This document shows, in pieces, positions 48,741-56,862 of a stretch of 64,000 nucleotides of DNA. Where the stretch lies: contig JAVCBW010000051.1 of NCBI GenBank assembly GCA_037917675.1, forward strand, positions 30,142-94,141, in the 5' to 3' direction. Each line of letters opens with the position of its first letter. The stretch's first letter is position 1. The translations under genes were made by a program, and so were the position numbers. Origin of the DNA: Thermoproteota archaeon (GTDB lineage: Archaea > Korarchaeota > Korarchaeia > B14-G2). Below the pieces are notes generated by a model. That model was given only the letters and a program-made list of their open reading frames with translations. It was not told the DNA's origin and did no database searches.

Positions 48741-49904
48741 CTAGAGCCAGCTTGGCTTGAAGCCCAGCTTCTCCTGGACCTCAAACACCCTCGGAAGCCT
48801 CTCCCTAGCCTCCCTAAGCTTCCTCTCATGCTCCTCTAGGAACCTCACCAGCCTCTCTGCAATCCTCTGCTTGCACTCTCCGCAGAGGACTGAGCCACTT
48901 GTGCAGTCATCAAATGTCTTCTTCAAGATGCTGTCTTCGAAGTGGAAGAGCAGGAACATGTATGGCACACAGATGTCAGGCTGCCCTCCCTTCTCCCTCT
49001 GCTCCCTAGCTGTAGCCCTCCCTCCCGTGAAGGCTTCCATGAGCTTCCTCCTAGCCTCATCAGGGCTATCGCCTAGGAAAATCGCTGTTTCAGGCTTGCT
49101 GCTCGACATCTTCGTCCCAGGCCCCTGGAGCCCAGCCATCATCTTCACGTATATCGATGAGGGCTTCACCATGCTGAACTTAGGCGCCAGGTCATGGCAT
49201 AGCCTGATATACGGGTCCTGATCTATCCCAACTGGGACAAGCACAGGCTTAGGCCCACCCATCTCCTCGCTCTGAGGATACATTATGTCAGCTGCATCGA
49301 TAAACGGGAAGAACACTTTACCTATGGTGTCAGACTCCCCCTCCTCACCTCTATACCTGAAGCCAAACATGGAGCCGAGGTGGCTTGCAGTTATCTTAGC
49401 TGCGAACATTATCGCTAAGTTCTTGACAGTCTCATTAGACCACTGGCTGTATATCATCACCCTCCTCCTATCAGTGAGGTCTATTCCGAGAGCCATGTAG
49501 TTCAGTATGTACTCCTCGACAGCATACCTCTCTATGTCACCTAAGCTAAGCCCTCTGATGACGTAGGCCTCTATGTCTGATATCGGAATGATGACCTTAA
49601 CTCCACGCCTATAGTACCATGCCATCAAGTCAGCTACCAGCTTGTGTCCAAAGTGGAACCTCCCTGAGGGCATCATACCAGTCAGGATCACATACTCCTC
49701 CCCTCTCTCCTCAGCCTCAAGTATCCTCTCAAACCCCCTGTGAGCGAATATCAGCCCTCTCTCAAAGAGCCTGTTCCTCTCTCTCATCCTCTCAATGAGC
49801 TCTCTAGTCATCTCCTGAACTCCGAACTGCCTTATGACCTCTCTGTAGTCCCTGTACTCCAGCTTAAACTCCCAAGGCGATATCGCTACACCACCCTCTG
49901 CCAG
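48741..49904 (-). CDS. trpS: Tryptophanyl-tRNA synthetase; true N-terminus lies upstream of ATG 49811 and has no ATG/GTG/TTG in frame
   Basis: TG.MPSG.FHFGH, VPVGIDQDP, KMSSS, AFTGGR, CGECK. Upstream in-frame ISPWE...DY..VI.QFG is the usual archaeal TrpRS N-terminus. Only CTG 49904 is available in frame. Confidence 0.95.
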   Translation of the reverse strand: MAEGGVAISPWEFKLEYRDYREVIRQFGVQEMTRELIERMRERNRLFERGLIFAHRGFERILEAEERGEEYVILTGMMPSGRFHFGHKLVADLMAWYYRRGVKVIIPISDIEAYVIRGLSLGDIERYAVEEYILNYMALGIDLTDRRRVMIYSQWSNETVKNLAIMFAAKITASHLGSMFGFRYRGEEGESDTIGKVFFPFIDAADIMYPQSEEMGGPKPVLVPVGIDQDPYIRLCHDLAPKFSMVKPSSIYVKMMAGLQGPGTKMSSSKPETAIFLGDSPDEARRKLMEAFTGGRATAREQREKGGQPDICVPYMFLLFHFEDSILKKTFDDCTSGSVLCGECKQRIAERLVRFLEEHERKLREARERLPRVFEVQEKLGFKPSWL

Positions 49905-49917
49905 CCCAACAGACCAC
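49864..49917 (-). promoter_or_regulatory. Putative leader ORF MVCWAGRGWCSDIALGV* (two Trp codons); trpS is in its +1 frame
   Basis: GTG 49917 lies about 24 nt below TATA 49941-49947, the leaderless spacing seen at moaD. Confidence 0.45.
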
Positions 49918-50056
49918 CTCTAACCGCCCTAGCCATGGAGATATAAACGTTCCGCTACCACGAGCTGCTGACACCTACAGCTCCAGTGAGAACCGTTCCC
50001 GAACCCTAGGCTGCAGCTTGCTCTCAGCAGCATCGCATGCACTTGAGATAAAGCTA

Positions 50057-50326
50057 CTAACCTGCTGGCTTAATCAGCTCAGCTAGCTCATCTAGCTTCA
50101 AGCTCAGCGATATAACATCCCTCACTCCACTGACATGCTCAGTTGAGACTACAGCCTTAGGCCTCCTGAGAAGCTTCCTCATGCCAGCTGCCTGAGCAGT
50201 CTCGCTGCTAAGCTGAACTATGAGCCCATCTACCCTCCACCCTCTGATCTCAAGATCCACAACCCTACCTACCCTAGCTCCATCAGAGGTCACGACATCC
50301 TTCTTTAACACCTCACTAGCCCTCAA
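50057..50326 (-). CDS. PRC-barrel domain protein
   Basis: ASEVL.K.V...DG..VGRV.DLEI...V.GL.V; V.GV.DVI. Confidence 0.82.
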   Translation of the reverse strand: MRASEVLKKDVVTSDGARVGRVVDLEIRGWRVDGLIVQLSSETAQAAGMRKLLRRPKAVVSTEHVSGVRDVISLSLKLDELAELIKPAG

Positions 50327-50550
50327 GTAGCACCCCCATCAATAAGGCTAAGTGCCTTTAAAGGCTGCTAGACATGCTATAAGCTGCCTGACTTCAGCAC
50401 ACCCTACCTGGCCTCTGGAGAGCTGTCAGGCATAGGATGAGGAAGGTTTCTCAGTAGTCGTGTGCGGGAGAAGGCTGCTGAAGGAGATGCCTCCTCTAGG
50501 GAGGCAGCTATGAGAGCAAAGAGGCCCTAGAGCCTCTGCTATCTGAGGCT

Positions 50551-51669
50551 TCAGGGAGCCCATGCTAGCAGGTGCATATTCCCTATGTGAACGTTCTCCA
50601 AGCGCTTTTTCGCTACGTTATAGCACTCCTCAACCTGCCTTCTCGGCGTTATCGGCAGGTCTCTCATGTAGTAGTCTGGGTGGAAGACGAGCAGGCTATA
50701 GGGTATTTCTGGGCTCAGGCTTGCTATGAACTCTGCTATGTCAGCTACCTCCTCTGCGTCTACGTAAAATGGGACTAGCAGCGTTGTTGCAGTGAGGACT
50801 GGTAGACCTCTTCTGTCCTCATAGTACTTTCTGTATATCATCTCAAAGTTCTCATATGCTCTCCTGTTAGAGACACCACTTAACGCAAGCGACATGGCGG
50901 AGGTGTAGGCTTTCAGGTCGAACTTTACGTTCCCTCCACTCACATAGGATAGCTCAGCTGCCTTGTCAACTAGGCTTGAGTTGCCGCATCCATTCCACTC
51001 CCAGCATATCCTGACAACTCTGTCTTCACATTCCTCTAAGACCCGCTTAGACGCTTCTAGCGCAAATGGGAGGTGTGGCTCTGGGCTGCCTCCGAAGTAG
51101 CATATGCATGTTATCCTCCTGTCTTGCTTAACTGTAGCTATGAAGTCCTCCACCGTTATCCTCTTACCTTCACTAGTATACTTGTGGGAGGAGTTCTGAC
51201 AGAAGAGGCAGTTGAAGTTACAGCCATAGAAGAATACTGCCAGGTTGTAGTAGCCTGACTCGACTCCAGGCTTCACAGCATACTTAGGGTAGCCTGCTCC
51301 TGTGCCAGCTGGGCAGAACCATGCTGCACAGCAGTTTGTAGGGTGAGGATCCCTATAGACATATGCTACACCCACCTTAGGAGATGTAAGCTGGACAAGC
51401 TTCCCTCCTTCATTCCACCTCAGCCCACAGAACCCCATGTCTCCATCTCCCATCCTACACTCGTTGCTGCAGAGAGTACAGGTCAGCCCCCCTTCAGCTC
51501 TAGGAGGATGAGGTGGAAGCCCATATCTCTCTCTAACCTTAGCGTGAGCTTCCATTATGTAGGGCATGGCTTCATCTGGCTTCTCTCTTATACAGCTGCT
51601 ACACACCCTAAGTGTAGAAGATATGTCAGCTCCAGCTCTACCACAGACTCTACAAGACACCTCAGGCAA
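50551..51669 (-). CDS. Radical SAM protein (AmmeMemoRadiSam/PflA-related)
   Basis: C..CSNEC....G..GFCG.R, DPHPTNCC..WFCP, GCNFNCLFCQN, FGGSPEP, EWNG, KFDLKA, FHPDY. Confidence 0.88.
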   Translation of the reverse strand: MPEVSCRVCGRAGADISSTLRVCSSCIREKPDEAMPYIMEAHAKVRERYGLPPHPPRAEGGLTCTLCSNECRMGDGDMGFCGLRWNEGGKLVQLTSPKVGVAYVYRDPHPTNCCAAWFCPAGTGAGYPKYAVKPGVESGYYNLAVFFYGCNFNCLFCQNSSHKYTSEGKRITVEDFIATVKQDRRITCICYFGGSPEPHLPFALEASKRVLEECEDRVVRICWEWNGCGNSSLVDKAAELSYVSGGNVKFDLKAYTSAMSLALSGVSNRRAYENFEMIYRKYYEDRRGLPVLTATTLLVPFYVDAEEVADIAEFIASLSPEIPYSLLVFHPDYYMRDLPITPRRQVEECYNVAKKRLENVHIGNMHLLAWAP

Positions 51670-51994
51670 GCTACCACTAGGCTACAGCTACACCATAATG
51701 TTAAAATGTTTGCTGTTGTGCTCAACTGCAGCTTCTCTCCAGTAGCTTATTCAAGCTGGATCCCACAGCTAGGCTCCAGCCACACACCTGCCCTCTGGAG
51801 TAAAGAGCTCAGCTAGCTCTGCTTTTACCCAGAAGGCTGCTTTCACGGCTCCAATCCTACATCCTGTGTGTCCTCTCAGAGCTGGCTGAGCTCCCTCCTA
51901 GGAGCTAGAAGCTCCTAGTCTAATACTCACCTAGAGCTACATAGGCCTGTTAGGCTGCTGATGGCAACCTCAATGTTGCGCGCATGGAGCAAGT

Positions 51995-52032
51995 TGCATG
52001 TTTCACGACTGTTTCATGCACTAAGTTTATTA
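51995..52032 (+). promoter_or_regulatory. Inverted repeat TGCATG-N14-CATGCA with internal TGTTTCA direct repeat, directly upstream of a TATA-like box
   Basis: Seen at 51995-52020; TATA-like GTTTATTA at 52025-52032. Confidence 0.4.
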
Positions 52033-52052
52033 CCTGCCTTCTAAGAGGGCCT

Positions 52053-52103
52053 ATGCCTCTAGTGGAGGAGGTGAGTATGGGGGATCTAGTTTGGGTCTCC
52101 TAG
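52053..52103 (+). promoter_or_regulatory. Leader [19 protein letters not shown] (Trp codon); ParB/SerK-like gene is in its +1 frame
   Basis: ATG 52053 (leaderless position) or ATG 52077 (GGAGGAGGTGA SD); ...GGG GAT CTA GTT TGG GTC TCC TAG. Confidence 0.65.
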
Positions 52104-52548
52104 AAGGCCTCTAAAAGCCCTTTACTTCCTGTCTTCTGGCCTGTTTAAGGCGGCTGCTGCCATCGTTCCAGCGTCCATGTTGAAGCCCCATGAAATGACC
52201 ATCGAAAAGTGCCTCAAGAACATCAAGTCTCAGATTAGAGACGACGGCAGGCTCTACATGCCAGTCATCGTCGACAGGAGGTCCATGACGATACTAGACG
52301 GCCACCACAGGTATGCTGCCTTAACCCAGCTTGGAGCAAAGCTAGTCCCAGCTCTCCTAGTAGACTACAGGTGTCCTGAGCTGGAAGTGTACCCCAGGAG
52401 GGTAGGTGTGCCTGTAAGCAAGAGGATTGTACTAGAGTACAGTAGGAGAGGCCTCCTGCTTCCACCTAAGACGACACGCCACGTACTTCCAGTTGAGCCA
52501 CGTGAGGTATCAGTTCCTCTAAGAGACCTCATGAGGTGTAAGCTATGA
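52090..52548 (+). CDS. ParB/Srx-fold protein related to SerK/SbnI L-serine kinases (short form)
   Basis: [29 protein letters not shown]...[15 protein letters not shown]. Frame opens at 52090; first ATG is 52177, two codons before LKPHE. Confidence 0.75.
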   Translation, partial: FGSPRRPLKALYFLSSGLFKAAAAIVPASMLKPHEMTIEKCLKNIKSQIRDDGRLYMPVIVDRRSMTILDGHHRYAALTQLGAKLVPALLVDYRCPELEVYPRRVGVPVSKRIVLEYSRRGLLLPPKTTRHVLPVEPREVSVPLRDLMRCKL

Positions 52549-53828
52549 TGCGTGTGACCCTAGATGTAGATGAGCTACCAAGAGCCTGGTATAACATCCA
52601 AGCTGAAGTCGATATCCCTCCTATGGTCACGCCTGATGGCAGAGAGGTTAAGGCAAGTGAGCTCGAAGTCATCTTTCCAAAGGAGTGTGTCAGACAGGAG
52701 TTCTCAAAGAGGCGGTACATACAGATTCCAGAGGAAGTCAGAGAGATGTACATCAGGATCGGCAGACCTACACCACTTTACAGGGCAGTTAGACTTGAGA
52801 GGAAGCTGAAGACGCCTGCTATAATCCTCTATAAGAGAGAGGATTTGAGCCCAACTGGAAGCCACAAGCTCAATACAGCTATACCACAAGCCTACTATGC
52901 TAGAGAGGAGGGTGTTGAAAAGCTGACAACTGAGACTGGAGCAGGCCAATGGGGATCAGCCTTAAGCTATGCTGGCGCCATGGCTGGAGTAGGAGTTCTA
53001 GTCTTCATGGTCAGAGTATCATACATGCAGAAGCCATATAGGAAGTATGTGATGATGCTATATGGAGCTGACGTAGTACCATCACCAAGCAGCCTAACTG
53101 ACGTAGGGAGAAGCCTCTTGAAACAGGACCCCAACCACACTGGTTCGCTTGGGATAGCTATAAGCGAGGCCATAGAGATGGCTGTGAAGAATGAGAAGGT
53201 GAAGTACTCGCTTGGCAGCGTGCTGAACCACGTGCTGCTACACCAGACAGTTATAGGCTTAGAGGTGCTAGAGCAGCTCAGGAAGCTAGACCTGAAGCCA
53301 GATGTGATGATAGGCTGTGTTGGAGGTGGAAGCAACTTTGCAGGCTTCTGCTATCCCACAGTAGGCAAAGTGCTCAGAGGGGAAATCAGTGATGTGAGGT
53401 TCATTGCAGTAGAGCCTACAGCATGTCCATCACTAACCCAGGGAGAATATAGGTACGACCACGGTGACACAGCTAAGATGACCCCTCTACTAAAGATGTA
53501 TACACTAGGATGCGACTTCGTCCCTCCACCAATACATGCTGGAGGCTTAAGATATCATGGTGCAGCTCCATCAGTATCACTGCTAAAGAGCAGAGGGGTA
53601 GTAGAGTCAGTAGCCTACCCACAGGATGAAGTGTTCAAGGCTGCAAAGCTATTCGCTGAGACAGAAGGCCTGATATCAGCTCCTGAGACAGCTCATGCTG
53701 TCAAGGCGGCAATAGATGAGGCTATCAAGGCAAAAGATGCAGGAGAGGAGAGGGTCATAGTATTCAACTTCTCTGGCCATGGCCTACTAGACCTAGAAGG
53801 ATACAAGGAGGTCCTAAACCTACCATAG
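52545..53828 (+). CDS. trpB: Tryptophan synthase beta chain, TrpB2 type
   Basis: [78 protein letters not shown]. Confidence 0.95.
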   Translation: MMRVTLDVDELPRAWYNIQAEVDIPPMVTPDGREVKASELEVIFPKECVRQEFSKRRYIQIPEEVREMYIRIGRPTPLYRAVRLERKLKTPAIILYKREDLSPTGSHKLNTAIPQAYYAREEGVEKLTTETGAGQWGSALSYAGAMAGVGVLVFMVRVSYMQKPYRKYVMMLYGADVVPSPSSLTDVGRSLLKQDPNHTGSLGIAISEAIEMAVKNEKVKYSLGSVLNHVLLHQTVIGLEVLEQLRKLDLKPDVMIGCVGGGSNFAGFCYPTVGKVLRGEISDVRFIAVEPTACPSLTQGEYRYDHGDTAKMTPLLKMYTLGCDFVPPPIHAGGLRYHGAAPSVSLLKSRGVVESVAYPQDEVFKAAKLFAETEGLISAPETAHAVKAAIDEAIKAKDAGEERVIVFNFSGHGLLDLEGYKEVLNLP

Positions 53829-53996
53829 CAGCTCAGAGGCTGCACTCTAAGGATACAAGGCTGCAACAAGCTACCCCATCTTCTATTGGCGATAGCTGGC
53901 ATACATAGAGGCTTTAGCTCACGTGCTGCTATCTCACACTCCTTCTCCATCAGTAAGATTAATTACCTCTTGCCTCATCTAGCTAGGGTGCTTTAG

Positions 53997-54269
53997 TTGA
54001 GGAGGAAGACTGCTAGCGATGTGCTGAACATGCTCAAGTGGAGTGGAGGCGACTGGAGGATGTACTCTGTTGTATTAGCTGACAGGAGCTCTCCCTCAGG
54101 TGAGTCTGTGCTTCTGCTAAGTGAAGTCAGAGAGATCGATAAGAGCTACCTGTATACTGGGAGTGGAGCTATACCGATGCATAGGATTCTCAAGATAGTT
54201 GATAACAGGGGGAATGTGATATGGGATAGAGATAGCCCTTGGATTGACCCTAGGAAGGTGCTGAGCTAG
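53997..54269 (+). CDS. DUF504/MJ1316-like RNA-repair-associated small protein
   Basis: DVLN.LKW, DR, IPMHRI..I....G.VIWDR. Confidence 0.72.
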   Translation: MRRKTASDVLNMLKWSGGDWRMYSVVLADRSSPSGESVLLLSEVREIDKSYLYTGSGAIPMHRILKIVDNRGNVIWDRDSPWIDPRKVLS

Positions 54270-55216
54270 AGGTTGAGCAGCCTCTTAGCATTGAGCTCAA
54301 GCACCATCTCCTTCTCAGTAGGTGTCAGGGAAGACGCTTCTCTAACTGCTAGAACCTCTCCAGCCATGCTGCTGCCTATCAGAATAGGGTAGTCTGAGCC
54401 GAATAGCACCCTGTCGAAGCCTACTGTGCTCCTAATCTCGCTAGCCACCTCCCTCTTGAGTATGAAGCCTGTGACTGCAGCCATATCAGCATAAACGAAG
54501 TCAAACTTCCTCATGACATCTAGAGCCTCATGAAACCATATCCCTGGAGCTACTGCACTATAGCTCCCCATGTGAGTCAGCACAACAGTAGGCGTGTACT
54601 CCTCTAAGACCTCCATTAGGTACCTTGGATTTGCATCCTCAGCGAGATCTGGTATCTCAAAGGGGCCAGGGTCGCAGCCAGTATGGTAGGCTAGTATCTT
54701 CCTATTCTTCTCACAGTACTCTAAGACGAGCTTGAAAGCCTTATCCTCAGCTGGATTGAAGAACTGCAGTGTTGGCAGAACCTTGATCCCTCTAAGGCTG
54801 AGCTCCTCTATTTCTCTAAGCTTCTCCCTAACATAGCGGCTTCCCATACCTATATTAACTGAGCCAAATGCCACCAGCCTTCCCCTACTCATCTCAGCTA
54901 GCTCAGCAACCTCCCTATTGCTCACTTTAGCCTCAGGGTAGCTTCCCCTGAGCATCTCAAAGAACCTCCTTACAGCCTCCTCAACACTCTCACCAGCAGG
55001 GAAGATCCTCCAGAGCTCAGGCCTATAGGCAAGCCAACTAGATGAGTAAAACCTCTCCCTGAGCCTCTTCCTCACAGATCTCCTACTGAGGGGGTCGGTA
55101 CTCAAGTCTAGGCCGAGAAGCACGCCGCTCTCGACGCCAGCTCTATCCATTTCAGCTAGGATAGAAGATATGCTGATCACTGGGTGGATATGGAAGTCGA
55201 TTACTCCCATTTCCAT
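54266..55216 (-). CDS. Amidohydrolase family (Amidohydro_2) protein
   Basis: IDFHIH, GIKVLP, YHTG, LTHMG, YAD, RVLFGSDYP, NAKRLL. Confidence 0.88.
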   Translation of the reverse strand: MEMGVIDFHIHPVISISSILAEMDRAGVESGVLLGLDLSTDPLSRRSVRKRLRERFYSSSWLAYRPELWRIFPAGESVEEAVRRFFEMLRGSYPEAKVSNREVAELAEMSRGRLVAFGSVNIGMGSRYVREKLREIEELSLRGIKVLPTLQFFNPAEDKAFKLVLEYCEKNRKILAYHTGCDPGPFEIPDLAEDANPRYLMEVLEEYTPTVVLTHMGSYSAVAPGIWFHEALDVMRKFDFVYADMAAVTGFILKREVASEIRSTVGFDRVLFGSDYPILIGSSMAGEVLAVREASSLTPTEKEMVLELNAKRLLNL

Positions 55217-55271
55217 GGCCCACAGCCTCCACCATCGAGATAAAAGCTTTGCTAGCAGCTATCGCAGGCAC

Positions 55272-55289
55272 CTGACAGCATGCTGTCAG
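55272..55289. promoter_or_regulatory. Perfect 18-bp palindrome CTGACAGCATGCTGTCAG between divergent promoters
   Basis: Exact self-complementarity read from the sequence. Confidence 0.5.
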
Positions 55290-55423
55290 CTTTACTGCCA
55301 GCTGCAACAGCAGCTGCCAGATGAAGCTTGGTGCTGAACTGTTGCATCCCCCTACAGCACATGGTGCTCTAATCTAGCTGAACTATTTTAAGCTAGGCTC
55401 TCACATCATAGCTTGGTGTCTGC

Positions 55424-56056
55424 TTGAGTGAGGAGCTTTGGAGCAGGATGGGGTATAGTAGGAAGGTCATAGAGCACTTCACAAACCCTAGGAACATTGG
55501 TGTGATCGAAGATGCCGACGTCACAGCTAAGGTTGGCAGCGTTGTCTGCGGGGACCTCATAAAGCTCTACCTGAAGATAGATGGGGAAAGCGGCATCATA
55601 GAGGACATAAAGTTCGAGTCATATGGGTGCGCCTCTAACATAGCGACGACCTCTGTTCTGACAGAGATGGTTAAGGGGAAGACTCTAGAGGAAGCTAGGA
55701 GAGTATCCTTTAAGGACATAATCAAGGAGTTAGGTGGGCTGCCTAAGGTCAAGTACCACTGTGCTGTCTTGTCTAAGGCAGGCCTAGATGTAGCTATCTT
55801 GAAATATGAGATCAAGAAAGGCAGGAGGAAGCTAGATGAGCATGCAGCTAAACGCCTTCTCAGAGGTGTGCTCGACCCAGCCTCCGGCCTAAGCATACTG
55901 GAGGCTGGAGGCATAGAGGAGCTCAGAGTAGAGGGCAACAGGGTGCATGTCAAGCTCAGATATAAGAAGGGAAGTAGGGAAGCTGAGTATGTGAAGGAGA
56001 GTATGGAAGAGTCCTTTAAAGACCTCGGTGTAGAAGTTTCTGTAGAGGCGAGCTGA
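55424..56056 (+). CDS. iscU: IscU/NifU-type Fe-S scaffold fused to a degenerate DUF59-like domain
   Basis: HFTNPRN, CGD, GCAS, LP.VK.HCA.L; C-terminal LRGVLDP..G.SI...G.I..L.V. Confidence 0.88.
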   Translation: MSEELWSRMGYSRKVIEHFTNPRNIGVIEDADVTAKVGSVVCGDLIKLYLKIDGESGIIEDIKFESYGCASNIATTSVLTEMVKGKTLEEARRVSFKDIIKELGGLPKVKYHCAVLSKAGLDVAILKYEIKKGRRKLDEHAAKRLLRGVLDPASGLSILEAGGIEELRVEGNRVHVKLRYKKGSREAEYVKESMEESFKDLGVEVSVEAS

Positions 56057-56862
56057 TGGAAGGCATGAAGCTGGTCTCAGCATCAAGCAGAGCCATCAGA
56101 GTCTGGAGAGACGGAAGGATAGAGGAGGTAGCTGAAAGATACCCTCTTGAAAAGGTGTATAAGCTGACTGCTTCAGGTAGGCTCATAGCCATAGTCTCAC
56201 TTCTCCCTACTCTCCTAAGGGAGTTTGCATGTGGCTTCCTCGTGACAGAGGGCCTAGCTTCCCCGAGCTCAATACGAGAAGCTGCTATAGAGGGGTCTGA
56301 GCTGAAGGTTGAAGTAGATGACCCAGCTTCCCTAGACTCCAGGCTAAGCTTCTACAGGAGGGTAGCTAGGCTGATAAGGGCTCCATGCTCCTCTACATCT
56401 CCTGAGAGCCTGCTTCTCCCATTGGCTAGAGTCATGGAGGTCAAGCTCAGCTTCAAGGTGACTCCGCTAGATGTCTGGAGGGCTATAAGCTGGCTTAGGA
56501 GGTCTCAGCTGTATAGGGAGCTTGGGATGGTCCATGTATGCACCATAGCTAAGCCTAGAGCAGAAGCTCCTCTCGTGGTAGCTGAGGACATAGGCAGACA
56601 TAGTGCTGTAGACAAAGCTGTAGGCTATCTTGTCACCAACAGGATAGCAGACAGGGAGCTGATGCTCTGTGTGAGCGGCAGGCTCACAGGAGACCTTGTT
56701 GCCAAAGCTGCTAGAGCAGGTATCCCAGTGGTAGCTTCGATATCAGGGCCTACTAGCACTGGAGTAGAGGTAGCTGAGAGAGCTAAGATAACACTGATAG
56801 GCTTCGCTAGAGGCTCAAGGAGGCTAACAGTATACACTGGAAGAGAGAGGGTAGCTATCTAG
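56056..56862 (+). CDS. fdhD: FdhD-family sulfurtransferase
   Basis: GFL.TEG, EDIGRH.AVDK.VG, SGR, K..RAGIP, S.PT..GV..A....TLIGFAR. Confidence 0.88.
   Translation: MEGMKLVSASSRAIRVWRDGRIEEVAERYPLEKVYKLTASGRLIAIVSLLPTLLREFACGFLVTEGLASPSSIREAAIEGSELKVEVDDPASLDSRLSFYRRVARLIRAPCSSTSPESLLLPLARVMEVKLSFKVTPLDVWRAISWLRRSQLYRELGMVHVCTIAKPRAEAPLVVAEDIGRHSAVDKAVGYLVTNRIADRELMLCVSGRLTGDLVAKAARAGIPVVASISGPTSTGVEVAERAKITLIGFARGSRRLTVYTGRERVAI

Noticed and set aside
49886-49936. ATG 49936 uORF (MARAVRGGLLGWQRVV*) before trpS
   Set aside because: The ATG is only about 5 nt from the TATA box, so probably upstream of the transcription start, and it would need a -1 shift.
50434-50481. C/D box sRNA (AGGATGA...CTGA)
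   Set aside because: Box C is imperfect, no convincing C'/D' boxes, and no target could be checked.
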